A stretch of DNA of 64,000 nt from Phaeosaccion multiseriatum (lineage: Eukaryota > Protista > Ochrophyta, other classes). The position numbers and the translations under genes are program-made. Shown here one piece after another: positions 13,927 to 26,201 of the stretch. The first letter of the stretch is position 1; each line of letters begins with the position of its first letter. Where the stretch lies: assembly GCA_965112735.1 (NCBI GenBank), contig OZ218954.1, positions 3,286,001 through 3,350,000 on the forward strand, in the 5' to 3' direction. The notes under the pieces are model-generated. The model saw only the letters and a program-made list of their open reading frames with translations. It did no database searches and was not told the DNA's origin.

Positions 13927-14219
13927 GAGGAGGAGGAGCAACAGCTGGAGGAGGAGGTGGAAGGGGAAGAGGAGTTACGAACGGCCCGCCCACCTTGTCT
14001 CAGAGCATTGTCGTGACGGTTCCACCCACTGCCTCGCCGGGGGGGTGGCAGCACCAGCAGCAGCAGTTGGCGATACAGCGGCAGGGGAAGCCCCCCCTCT
14101 CTGCCAATGCCATTTCTGCCTACGATGATGGGGAGATGACGGCGGCACTTGCCAAGCACGGCAAGGGTGGTTGGAGGAGGAGGAAGCAACAGGGCCCGCC
14201 AACTGTGATTCTGTGCTGA
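12075..14219 (+). CDS. Ankyrin-repeat and coiled-coil protein of unknown function
   Basis: Ankyrin consensus NAVDEQGRTALHIAVSNKAKD|AIRMLLKLGVDLSTR across intron ~12354-12551, followed by long heptad/charged helical segments. Stop at 14219. Confidence 0.75.
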
Positions 14220-14284
14220 TTGACTATCACTAACTTCTTATTTTAACTTAACAGCGGCGCCACAACACCAGCTCATCTCCGGCT

Positions 14285-15235
14285 ATGGAGGGAGGTGTCG
14301 AGGTTTCTGCATTCCCTCGTATAGATGAACGTGTAAAATAGGAGATCGTAGAGCAATCTCACCACACATCTTTACATAAATAATTACATCACGGCACTTG
14401 TCTGGCCAGAGCGTCTGCAGGTGCCGTACCTTGTGTTTGTGTATTAAGTGCGTTCCTGTTTTTGTGTGTGTTTCAGGTTGAGTTTGTTGACCGACGAGAA
14501 GCAGTTATCGACCACATCGATTATCCATCGAATGTGGCGTGCGTTGGTGCTCGCATTGCGCTTCCTCCCTCCCTTTTTCCTTATACCGTACACTTATATA
14601 CCTATTATGTACCTTATACCTCATACCGCATGCCCAATACCCCTTATCTCATACCCTATACCCTGCACAGATACGCCGTGGAGGTGGCGAGCAGTCCCGG
14701 ACTGTTCCCCGAGATGCTCGAGTCAGGCTTGGAAGACGCCAAAGGAGGGGAAGAGGAGCAGGATAGACAGTTCAAGGCCGCGGCTGCTCAGGTGCTGAGC
14801 ATGGCTCTGTTTGCAGCCATGAAGAGCGGCAAGGAGGCGGAGGTGAAGAACAGTCTTCCTAAGGTGCGCGGGGGGGGGGGAGGAGGTAGGGGTGAGGGTG
14901 GAGGAGGAGGAGGAGGAGGGGGAGCAACAGCAGCAGGAGGAGGAGGAGGGGGAGGAGGAGAAGGAGGAGGGGATGAGGAGAAGGAGGAGCTGACAAGAAG
15001 GGCGGCGGCGTGAAGCTCAAGGACGGAGCACTGCTGGAGGATGCAGGTGTGGTGGGGTGGTGGGGTGGTGGGATGGTGGGGTGGGGTAGGGAGCGAGGGT
15101 GTAAGGGCGTCGGGCTGCTGGTGCTGGTGCTGGTGTGCTAGTTACTGCGGCGTGATGTAGGGGGGGGGGGGGGGTAGGTAGGTGGTTTGTTTTATGTACA
15201 AGGGTCTTTGTCAAGAAGAGGGGTTGGTTTTTTTG

Positions 15236-15273
<38 letters not shown>

Positions 15274-16132
15274 CCTGCCCTGGCCATTGTATCGAGGGAT
15301 AGAGAGAGAGAGAGAGAGTCGGCGGAGAGGCGTCTTGATGCCCCGCCTGGTGGGGTGTTCGCACTATCCCATAGTCACTTCTTGCCCCCCCCCCCCTCCC
15401 CCTGTCTTTCTTGCATTGTGTACTCACCCCATGCTTCCTCGGATGGCAGCCAAATCCGTGGATGACGTGGTGACGCGCGCCTACCTCATTGCGAGGTTAG
15501 TGCACGCCCAAGCAAAGCTCACAGCCCTCACAGACTCCGCCAAGATACAGGGCGTGGAGGCATCCAAGCGTGTGACTACGGCAGTGCAAGCTGCGCGAGA
15601 GGTGCTGGAGGGAGGGGATGATTTGCTGGATGAAGCGATTGGAGATATTCTCACCCTCGTTGAGAAGGCGGAGGAAAGTCTGCAAGCCGTGGACGAGGTG
15701 GTGGGGAGGGAGGCGCGGGCACGGGCCATTAGAGAGAGGGCGGTGGAGTTGCGGAAAGAGTGCGACGAGGATGAGGAGCTGGAGCAGGCGGACGGGGTGA
15801 AGAAGGCGCTTGATCAGCTGCAGAGCAAGGTGGACAGGGTGGAGGAGGTGGAGGAGGCAGGAGGTGGGGAGAGTGAAGAGGAGGAGGAGGAGGAGGGAGG
15901 GGAAGAGGGTGAGGATGGCGTCAACAAGCTGGACAAGCGAGTCAAGCTGACTTTGAAGGAAGCGCAAGCTGCGCTGGTGGAGGTGGAGGAGATAGTGCGC
16001 GAGACAAAGGAGTATCTCCGCCGCGACAGGAAGGCGAGGGAGGAGGAGGAGGCCCGGGCCCGCAGCAAGGGCCTGGAGATGGAGGAGCAGCTGAGGATGA
16101 ATGCAAAGATGCGCATCAAGATCATGGAGAGG

Positions 16133-16172
<40 letters not shown>

Positions 16173-16949
16173 TGTGTGTGTGTGTGGGTGCGTGTGTGTG
16201 TGAAGTGTGTGTGGGGGTGTGGTGTTTGTGTGTTTGCACTTCTTGCAGTGCGGGTCCGCTAACCCTCCCCCCATCTCCCCCCTTCCCTCCCTTCTCCTCC
16301 CTCCCCTCCCCTTTCCTCTCCTCCCCTCCCCTCCCCGCCCCTTGTGCACGATACGAATAGGCGTAAGAAGGAGCTGAAGGAGCAGAGTCGATGCAAAGCA
16401 TCTCGCAAGAGTGTCGTGGAGTGGACTCGGGGTCGGCGGGCCGCCCGAGGAGGAGGAGGAGGAGGAGCGAGAGGAGGAGAGACTTCCAGGGGTGCTGCCG
16501 GGGGGAGGAGGAAGAGGGCTCGATCTGATAGCGATAGCAGCAGGGGCAGGAGCAGCAGTAGGAGGGACGAACTCGCTGTTCCACGGTCGGACAGGTGGAG
16601 GATGGGGACTGCCAGAGACTTTGACCATCGGGATACTGACTTTGAGCAGGAGCCGGTCCCTAGCTATGTTGTGGCCAATGCACTGCATGCTGAGAACGAT
16701 GACGGCGGCAGCAGTGGTGATGATGGAGAGGGGGACGGAGGGGGGGGGCGTCTGGGAGCGAGGTTGAGAGGTGTGTGTGTGAGGATTGGAGAGGCGGGCC
16801 ACGAGGAGACGAGCGATGCGGAGGTGGAGGACGAGGGGGACAAGGGGGAAGAGGCGAGGGAAGAGAGTGGGGAAAAGGAGGGGGAGGTGGGGGAGGGCGC
16901 AACAGCAGGTGTCGCTCCCATGGAGGAGGAAGAGGAAGAGTCTGACTGA
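14285..16949 (+). CDS. Helical/coiled-coil protein of unknown function (spliced)
   Basis: Phase-compatible exons: MEGGVE| 14477 VEFVDRREAVIDHIDYPSNVA| 14671 YAVEVASSPGLF...NSLPK| ~15017 LKDGALLEDA| 15450-16131 AKSVDDVVTRAYL...KIMER| 16361-16949. The start is uncertain and the gene could be linked to the upstream one. Confidence 0.6.
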
Positions 16950-17069
16950 GTCTCATTGAGTGACTACCAGTGACTTGGGCCCAGTGACTCTTTGGACTCG
17001 GCAAGCAGGTCCTGACACTGACACTTTTGACTGAAAAAACGTTTAGCACATAATGAATAATGAATAAGC

Positions 17070-17241
17070 CACTCCTCGGCGAGTATGAGTCATAGTCCGA
17101 AGGAGCCGCACTCTGCAGGGCCGCACGTATGTTGCTCGCCCTCTCTCTAAAGGCCTCCCCCTCCTCATCGAGCCCGTCCTTCTCGCACTTGACTGCGCGC
17201 TCCTCGAGCTCCTTGGCGTAGTTCAGATAATCCGCCCTCAT
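17070..17241 (-). CDS. Short helical ORF (MRADYLNYAKELEERAVKCEKDGLDEEGEAFRERASNIRAALQSAA...), possibly truncated; divergent from the 17643 gene
   Basis: The first ~57 codons look like real protein. After ~17070 the sequence turns AT-rich and the frame runs antisense into the neighbouring gene without looking coding. Confidence 0.35.
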
Positions 17242-17642
17242 GCCTCATCTCCTTTTCGATTTCCCCTTTTCGACCCTGCCGAGAATTTTGGAACACTTTT
17301 TTTTTTGAAATCCGAACACGCTCGCCGTTGGTCGAGAGAGGAGAGAGAGAGCGAGGAGGTGAGAGAGCGAGGAGGTGGAGAGCGAGGAGGTGGAGAGCGA
17401 GGAGAGGCAGGTCGCACACAACGACGAGGTGGCAGTCGCGGTGGTGGTCGTGTTGTCTTTCTTTCGAGACGAGCGAGCGAGACGGGAGGCGGACAGAGGA
17501 CGATCACCGGGATATCGTCGACGCGTAGCTACGGGACTCTCGACTCGTCGTACTCGGTGCTTCTTTCGCTTCTGGACTCCGAGCCGCGACTGGGATCGGG
17601 TTGATCGCGGGGAGGCGGCGCGGCCAAGAGGAGTCGGAGAAC

Positions 17643-20247
17643 ATGGAGACGATTATGAAGAAGATGAGGAGCGGGCAGAGGGATGAGGAGAGGGCGCAGC
17701 AGGAGAAGGATGCGCAGAAGGAGCAGAGTAAGAAGGGAAGGACGAAGCTACAGCAGGTGGGCGCGAGGCAGACGAACAAGATTACGGGTCATCTGTTCGC
17801 GGGGAAGGCTTCGACGGTGTCTACGGTCGCGGCCTCGTCCAGTGCGGCTTCTGCTCCGACGGCGATGGAGGTGGAGTCTCTGAGGCCGCACCCCCCCTGC
17901 TCCCTCCTCAAGGTGAGACCCCTTCGCTGCAATTGCATGTCTCGCGTCCTCGCTCCCTAGGCCTCGCTCACCACATGCCCCCCTCACACCTCATCCCTTG
18001 GACGAAGGAGCAGCGCGTCCTCTCACCTCCGGTCGATGACGAGGTGAACGGAACTCCGTGCTCATGGAAGGCGGCCAGCAAGATCTTTGTGTGGAAGGAT
18101 GAGGACGGGGGGAGCGACGGGTTCACCTCCCCCCACTTCAAGTGCTTCAGGCCTTGCTCGACCAACGACATCCGCAACGTCCCTGTGAAGGTGTTCGAGG
18201 TGCCCGGCGGCCTGACGCGGTCCGACTTCACCGGTTTCGGCATTACGCCAGTGTCGGGGAAGCAGGCCGTGGCCGTCATGCGGCGGGGTGGTTGTATGTA
18301 CCGGGGCCGCATCTCTCACATCTCAGCTTTTGAGATCTTGTGCCGTGCGTCGTCCAAGCCCGAGGCTCTCAAGAGGGGGTTCTGCCCGTGGGAGGAGAGG
18401 GGTGGGGTGAAGGATCACGACGTGGACGTCGCCGCGTTCAAGAGCCTCGACATCGACCCGAAGAGGAAGGTCGCCCCCGTGGACCCGTCGGCGAGGGACC
18501 TGGAGTCGGAGTTCTGGACCCGCGACGTCGAGAAGCTTAGCACCGCTGGTCAAGTGGTTGTGCAGCGAGCGCATCACGAGCACACGAGGAAGAAGGACCT
18601 GAACGCGGTCTACACGCTGGCTGCATACCCTTCAGCGGCGTACCTCGTCAACGACCTCTTTTCCAGTTGCGATGGAGGGGCGTCCCTTGTGGACTACATT
18701 TCCAAGATGGCCGGGTCCAGCGCGCTCAAGGCCGAGGATGCGAAGAGTCTCAACCTCAGCGATATGACGCGTCACCGTGGTCTCTACGCCCTGCACGTCT
18801 CCAGTTCAGACCAGGAAGGCACTGCCCGCCTTGCGAAGAGACTGGAGGGCGATGAGCAGGCAGGCCGGTTCTTTTCGCAGAACGTTGTGAAGATCGGGGT
18901 ATACGGCGGGCGTGGTGGGGAGGATCGTTTGAAAGACTACATGACCAAGACGAACCAGGCAGTGCAGGAACGCGTTCGGGATATGGCCTGCAGCCTCAAT
19001 GTCCCTCTGGAGTGGAAGTTGTGGCCGCTGCTGTTCCTACGAGAATCGACGACGATGGACTTCGGCCAGCGCCACGAGGGTATCGAGACCTTCGCGATCC
19101 TCGCGTGTGGGGGCCTCCCAGCGCACCCGGGAAACTCCATGTACGGGTCGCCAGCAACGGGACAGGGGTACTTCAGTGACCCGGCCGCTGCGCGCCGTGC
19201 AGGTGAGTGCTCTTCCTCATCCTGCTGCGCCCCTACCCTCCCGGCCTCCTTTGTGGGGCGCCTTTCTGCTTGAGGAGATCTTCGCTGATTTGCTGCACTA
19301 GCTTGTCGAGGCGCTTGCTTGGCTCACTCTGTCTCTCCTCTTTCCTCTTCCCACAGTGCAAGTTTGGTACGAGAAGGTGGACGGCAAGCGTGTCAAGCAC
19401 GAAGAGGGAGGCGCGTCGAAGAAATGTGAGTCTGTCGTCCTCTGCTGTCCCCCCCGGACGCCGGCAGCCTGGCTGGGATGACATTCGTCGTCTCGGGCGG
19501 CCGGGCGGGAGGGGATGTGGTGGGGCGCCTTTCTGCTTGAGGAGATCTTCGCTGATTTGCTGCACTAGCTTGTCGAGGCGCTTGCTTGGCTCACTCTGTC
19601 TCTCCTCTTTCCTCTTCCCACAGTGCAAGTTTGGTACGAGAAGGTGGACGGCAAGCGTGTCAAGCACGAAGAGGGAGGCGCGTCGAAGAAATGTGAGTCT
19701 GTCGTCCTCTGCTGTCCCCCCCGGACGCCGGCAGCCTGGCTGGGATGACATTCGTCGTCTCGGGCGGCCGGCCGGGAGGGGATGTGGTGGGGCGCCTTTC
19801 TGCTTGAGGAGATCCTCGACGGGGAATCAAGAGGGGACCTTTCTCACGACGTCGACCTCTCGCTCCTTTCCAACAGGCCAGAATCTCGGCTCGGGCCCGC
19901 AGCCAGGATCCACCCCAAACAACTTGGCGGGCAGGAAGACATCGGCTGCGTTGGCGGCGGCGCGGACTCTCGTGGCGGAGGGCGCATTCAAGCTCTGCCC
20001 GGAGCACGGAAAGGTTGGCCGCGGCTGCGACTTCTACGAGTTCGAGGGTTTCGTGGAGCTTCATGGGAGCGGTGAGGCGGTCATCGGAACAAAGCCGTGC
20101 AGCACCAACTCTGGAGGATGCCACAAGAATTGCATGCCGTGTGACAAGAACGGCAAGGTGCTCCTCGAGAACAAGTACAACGAAGCTCACCGTGTGGTCG
20201 AGGATCGCTGCCGAAAGGCGGCCAAAAAGAGGGGGGTGCCGTTGTGA
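17643..20247 (+). CDS. Orphan protein with a putative GIY-YIG/T5orf172-like nuclease region and a Cys/His-rich C-terminus
   Basis: Exons 17643-17911, 17961-19203, 19357-19425, 19624-19692 (duplicate) and 19877-20247, all GT-AG and phase-compatible. Motif order GLY...VVKIG...EDRLKDY...GIE. C-terminus CPEH...C...C...CHKNCMPC. The domain call is inference. Confidence 0.6.
19253..19814. repeat. 267-bp tandem duplication (2 full copies plus a 28-bp third partial) containing a 69-nt exon
   Basis: GTGGGGCGCCTTTCTGCTTGAGGAGATC starts at 19253, 19520 and 19787. I could see only one substitution between the copies (CCGGGCGGGA vs CCGGCCGGGA). Confidence 0.95.
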
Positions 20248-20802
20248 GAAGCATCATCCCATCACAATAGGCAGATTTTCAGATTTTCCATTCATCATCC
20301 TTCGCCGGTTCCGGTTCGTGGTTCCTCACAAGTCGGGGTTGAAGTGGGCCCACTCGATGCAATCATACTCGTCAAAGCAACTCTGAAAAACCCCTCCCAC
20401 ACACACAAACTGTGCTATGCCTGTCTGGAGGATTTCCTTCTTCCTACATGATGCTCGACCCGCCCCTGACGTGCTACCTGCTGTAAAACGACGTACTGTC
20501 GAAACTACCGACAGCTAGCCTCAAAGCCAAGCTAGAGCAGAGCAGAAGCTGAAGCAAGCACCCGGAAGCCAGCCCACACGCAGGCTGCGCTTCCTTTCTT
20601 ACTGATTTACCGTCTGTTGGCCCGTTTTCCGGCCGTTCCGGTCCTTGGTTTCTGTTATTATTTTTGTTCCTCTGGAGGCTTTCTTGAAGGGCAACCTAGG
20701 AGTAGCGGCCCCTTTCCATCGTCACTCACGCAGCCAGAGCAGCAGCAGTTGGAGCAGTTGACCCCCGTTCTCGTGGCTTGCGCTACAGCCGCTGCGCCAG
20801 CA

Positions 20803-21320
20803 ATGATGGGCCGCCTGGTGACTGCGTTTCTCCTCCTTATTGACGGACAAGTTGCCCAAGGAGGTAAGTGTGTGTGAGTACTTGATATTGCCCTCTCAAA
20901 CGAGCTTGGCGACGGGAGAGGAGGGGGTTCAGAGTCTGCACGTCGCACTCCGTGCGTGCAAGAGGTGGCGGGGAGAGGGCCAGAACAACAAGCGCTCTTC
21001 TTCCTCTTAAAACCTCCCTCCCTCACCCTCGCCCGTCTCTATTAATCTCTGCGTCGTACACAGCGCCAAGCTTTGAGAGAGCTTGCACCGACGCAGGAGG
21101 AACCTTATCAGGCAACACCTGCTCCGGAGCCACCAGCCACATCCAGTGTGGTGACTCCAAGTGCCAGGTACATAAACAGCTTCTCAGCTGTGCTTCTTGC
21201 TTGCCTTGTGGCGCTGCTTGCACGTGGCTGCTCCTCCGGCTCCGCTCTCTTGTATTTTAACTTTGTCCGAAGGTAACAGGTGTCAGGACCCGCGCGTTTC
21301 AGGCGCGTGAGTTTACGTAA
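20803..21320 (+). CDS. Putative small Cys-containing peptide with a hydrophobic N-terminus (possibly secreted)
   Basis: Exon 20803-20863 (MMGRLVTAFLLLIDGQVAQG) joins in phase to 21064-21167 (APSFERACTDAGGTLSGNTCSGATSHIQCGDSKCQ). The last exon is uncertain (~21273-21320). Confidence 0.4.
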
Positions 21321-21349
21321 CCTTCCTCCCAAACGAGTGACGACTCACA

Positions 21350-23322
21350 TCAGTGCCAGCGATGGCGTACACTCTCCCCTCTCCCTCCACTGACATACTC
21401 CCCTCCATGTCCTTTCCCTTTCCACAGCTGCAAGTGCTGTTCCCTCTCGGGGTCGTCCTTCCCTTCCTCCTTGCCTTCCCCTCTGCTCTTGCTTGCACTC
21501 CTCCTCCCGCTCCTCCTCCGGCTCCTCCTGGTGCTGCTACTGCTGACACTGCTACTGCTGCTGCTGCTGCTGCTACTGCTACTGCTGCTGCTGCTACTAC
21601 TACTGTTACTACTTGCAGTTTTGTACCCGCGGTACGATAGAGACGAAGTGCCCTTCCTTCCGCCGCCGGAGAGAGGGCGTTTCGAAACTGCATGCGTATT
21701 CCTGAGCGTCAAGATAAGGACAGAGAGAGCGAAAGAGAGAAAGAGAGAGGACGACAGCGAGGGCGAGAGAGAGGGGGGGTGGAAGAGAGAGAGAGAGAGA
21801 GATCAGCAGCACAAGAGAGTCATGTCGAATGCGTTGAGTGAAATGTAAAGCTCTCTAAGGGCACACAGTCTCTCTCTCTCTCTGCCGCTGGTGATTCTGC
21901 AGGCAGGTGTGTGCTTGCGTACTCACATGAGTTCGATTGTCGCCCGAGCCAGACCATCCTTAAGCCAGCCCTGCATCTGCTCGCACCTCCGCATCGAGCG
22001 TTTCATCTGCGCAAATCTCCCCACCGCCTTGCTCTCCCTCCGAGTCGCAGCGTGCAGTCGGAGCAAGAGGAAGCAGCGCTGATAGCGAGCAAAGTCAATG
22101 GCCCTCCTCGTAGCGCTTTCCACTTGCTGCGCATGTTGGTGCTTCGCTCGCTGCCCCTCTGTCCTCAGCAATAGACGGGCGCAAAGCAACAGAGCCCGAT
22201 ACCGCGTCTTTTTTTTGTTTGTTTGGGGAGGTAAGGAGGGAGGGGGATGGTGAATAAAAAATCCCATAATAGTTCACAAATGGAAGAGTATACCCAACTG
22301 AGAGGACGGAATTCAGGTGTGTGAGTGTGCGTGTGTGTATATGCTTGTGTGCGCGGGTGTGTGTACGTGTGTGTTCGTGTGTGTGTGTGCGCGCGCATGT
22401 GTGTGTGCGTGCGAGTTTGTGTGTGTGCGTGTGTCTCTTCTCCTCGCATGCAATTGCTTGTTTGTGTTGCAGACTTACCCTCGCTGCCTCAAGCTCCATC
22501 TCCGCTTTCTGCCTCCCCCGCTCCTCCCCTCGTTGCAGCATCTCCCTCTCTGCAGCAGCAGTAGCAGCAGCAGAAGCAGCAGTAGCAGCTCTCGTCGCCG
22601 CCGCCACTTCCTCCCTTTGAAGCTCCTCTACGGCTACACACAAGGCCATCCGTTCTCCCTCAATCAGAGCTGCCTCCTCCAGCACAGCCCTCTTCTCCTC
22701 TCTCTCCTTCTTCAACACAATGCTCGCCTCCTCTCTCTCCTTCACCAGCAACGCCATCTCACCTCTCGCCTTCTCTCTCTCCAACCTCCTCTCGTCCCTC
22801 TCCTTCTCTAGCACCACCCTTGCCGCGCTCCTCTCCTTCTCTCTCTCCACCCTCTCCTCGAGGAGTCTCCTATCAGCCACTGCGACTCTCTCCGCCTGTT
22901 CCGCGAGCTTAGCAGTCGCCTCCCTGCGACACTCCTCCATCTCTCCCTCTTTCCTCTTGACTTGGGCACTCAGACGAGTGGTCACTTCGGAGTGAAGCTT
23001 CATTTCCTCCTCACCAGAGCAGCTCAGGCCCTGCACCTGGAGAGAGAGGCCCGCGACGTGGTTTTGGAGCAGGACTCTGTGGGAAGGTGGGGTGGATGGC
23101 AATTGATGGCAGTGGATAGGGGGGGAGGGGGGAGGAGGAGGGAAGGGAGGATGGGCGGGGGGGGGAGGAGGAGGAGGGAAGGGAGGAAGGGCGGGGGAGG
23201 AGGAGGAGGAGGGGAGGGGAGAGGGGAGAGGGGAGAGGGGAGAGAGGAGAGAAGGAAAGATAAGGGGTGCAGGGCATGTAGGAGGGGTCGATCTGCTATT
23301 GTGCTCCTCTTGTCACACACTC

Positions 23323-23369
<47 letters not shown>

Positions 23370-25992
23370 CTGCGAGTGGAGATGCTCTATCTCCGACAAG
23401 AAGTCCGCGTTCCTTGCCTCGGCCTTGCTCGCTCTATCTCGCGTCTCGACTGTCTCAAGGACTGCCCGCCGTGCCTTCTCCCTGTGACCCTCCAACTCTT
23501 CTCGCACTTGCTGTAGAGCGTTCTCGGTACGTTCCTGCTGGGCCGTTAGGTGCTCCACACGAGTCGCCATTTGTAGAGAGTCCTCGGAGAGACTCTCCCA
23601 CGCCTCGCGGAGCTGCCGGGTCTCTTCCTTGGCCGCGTGTATGGCAGCCTATGGTGGTATGATAGTATGATATGGTCGGAATTCAATACTATGGGTCAGG
23701 ATCGGATGTGGACACACACGTACACACACATGTACACACGCACGCAGACACAAATACACACGCACCTCGCTCGTCATGAGGAGCTCCTCCCTGTGGAGCT
23801 TGGCCTGTCCTGACACCAAGTCACGGAGCCTCTTCTCGTTGGCCAGCGACTCCTCGGCCTCACCCACCTTGCCGCTCAGTCGGGCCCTCTCCGCCTTGCC
23901 CTGTATCACTAACTGCTCCATCTGTTGCCGCTGCCTGCTCTCACTCTCCCCACGCTCCATTTGAAGGGCTTGCTGTAGCGACTCCTCGTAGTCGCCCCGC
24001 AGCTGAATCACCAAGTGCTGCGTCTGTTGCCGCAGATCCTCCATCTCCATGCCCTTGGTCTCGAGCTGTATCATCAACTGCTGCGCTCTGCCCTCCTCCT
24101 CCTCCTCCTCCTCCTCCTCCTCCTCCCCCTCCTCCTCCTCCTCCTCCTCCTCCTCCTCCTCCTCCTCCTCCTCCTCCTCCTCCTCCTTCTCCTCCTTCTC
24201 CTCTTCAGCCCTCCCCCCCTCTCGCTCCCCCTCGAAGCATCTCGCCCCCCCCCCTCCATATCGCGATACCATCACGAAATGCTGCAGTTTCGATTCTTGC
24301 TCCCTCACCACACCCCGCAAATGAACAAGTTCCCGCCTCATTTCGTCCGCCTCCTGAGCTGCCTGCCCCTGTTCGCGCCCGAGGGAAGAAGTCGAGAAGG
24401 TCGATATAGCAGATATTGACCCGATTTCCGCCGCCGCCGCTGCCGCAAGACTTTCACCTTTCGAAGTCGTTGCCATTCTCGCTGAGTGCAGCTCTGCTTT
24501 CACTCTATCCAGCTCCTCCACGGCTGCGGCAAGTCTAGATTCAAGCTGCTGCTGCTGGTGCTCCACCACCACCACTGTCGAGGAGGAGGAGGGGGAGGAG
24601 GAGGAGGAGGAGGAGGAGGAGGAGGAGGAGGAGGAGGAGGAGGACGCAGACGAGCGCCTTGGTGACCAAGGTGATGTGGCGAAAGGAGAGATGGCAGTGG
24701 ATGGTGCAGAGGCTGAGGTGGAAGCAAGTAGGCGCTCCTTCTCTTCAGAGGCTGGCGGCGCCACGCGGTCCTGTGCATATGCAATGCTGCTGCAGCTGCT
24801 GCTGCTACTCGGAGCGTTGTCCTGTCACCAGCAGTGGGAAGCAGGGGAGGGAAGGGAGCGGAGTTCCAGTTCAGTTGAGGTAAGCCGGGAAAGAGAGAGC
24901 GTCTGATAAGATAGCGTCACCTCACTCACTGACCTGGACCGACGGCGGAAAGGGAATCTCCAGGATGTGCGCCACAACCCTCTTGACGGCTTGTGTGCTT
25001 CTCTCCTCGCTTCTGCTGCTGCCCATATGACTTCTGCTCCTGCCGCCCAGAAGACCAGTGCTGCTGCTGCTGGAAGCAGGGTCGAGGTGGTGATATCGAC
25101 ATTCTGCTCCTCCTCCTCCTCCTCCTCCTCCTCCTACATCGCTACTACCAGCGCTACCCCGTGGGAAAGACTCGGACTCAGTAGTGGTAGTGGCCACTAC
25201 AGCCGTTGGTGATACAGGAGCAGCAGCGGCGGCAGAGGTGCATGCAAGCTGCTGCAGGTGGCCGAGGTAACGCTGCACGGAGCTGACCCTCGCGTGTTTG
25301 CCCGCAAGCTCTCGCTCGGCCTCCCTCACCTCTTGAAAATAGACGAAAGCGATGAGCTCATCCACCAGCCATGCCACTCGAGCCCGAGCCCCTTTGCGAC
25401 CTCCTAACCTCGACGACCAGCATCCTGGATACTCTCTAGACAGATCATTGGCTGCCATCCAGCGGTCGCTTGGAAGAGGTGGAAGAGGTCTGCCAGGGTA
25501 CGAAGGGCACCGCATTTGGCAGCTGCTGCTGCTTCCAGTGCAGCTCCTCCTCCTTCTCCTATCCACTCGTCTCCCAACTGACTCACTGAACTCCTCGTGC
25601 TTCTGCTGCGGCCATGAGCGTTGTTTTTTTGCGTCGCAGCTGCCTCCTGCTGATACTACTCGCATTTGCGCTCCTCGCGATGCCTCGGCTCCCTCTCCCT
25701 CTCCTTCTTCCCTCATTGCCCCAAGTCTCTCCCGCAGAGCTTCCACGAGAGCATCTGACGAGACCCCAAGATGGAGAAGAGCATCTTTAAGATGGGGAGA
25801 ATGGTCATGCCCCAGCACGCCCCTCCCAACGCCCTCTCCATCCTCTACACGCCTCTCCGATTCCGATTGCACCTCCAAGATATGGCGGAAGGTCAGGATG
25901 AGCTTTTGCAGCACGTGCACCAGAACTTCTTCCTCCCATGGCCTCTGCGCTTCTGGTGGCTCTTCGGCGATAGCAGACACCTGACTCAACAT
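21350..25992 (-). CDS. Large coiled-coil protein of unknown function (spliced, with poly-E/S tracts)
   Basis: Long minus-strand ORFs 25992-24930, ~24870-23765, ~23640-23367, ~23070-22478, ~22170-21927 and 21701-21350 are bounded by GT/AG and rich in E/R/A/Q heptads. Confidence 0.7.
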
Positions 25993-26201
25993 CGGAGCTG
26001 TTGCTCTCTTGTCTCTCTCTCGGTATCAAGTGAAATACGTTTCCTATACGTTTATTGACTTAATCAGCGTTTCGAAAATGTTGATTCCCCAACCGCACCA
26101 GAAGGCGGCATGATAGTGCTGTAGCCATCGCATACCATATCATCGCCGCAACAGCAGTGGTTAATACTTCTGAGATGATGGGGAGCGCGTGAGGGCTCTT
26201 C

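Noticed and set aside
17009-21290. 11-bp inverted repeat GGTCCTGACAC / GTGTCAGGACC as transposon TIRs around the island
   Set aside because: The match does not extend, no target-site duplication flanks it, and the right copy probably falls in an exon; compatible with chance.
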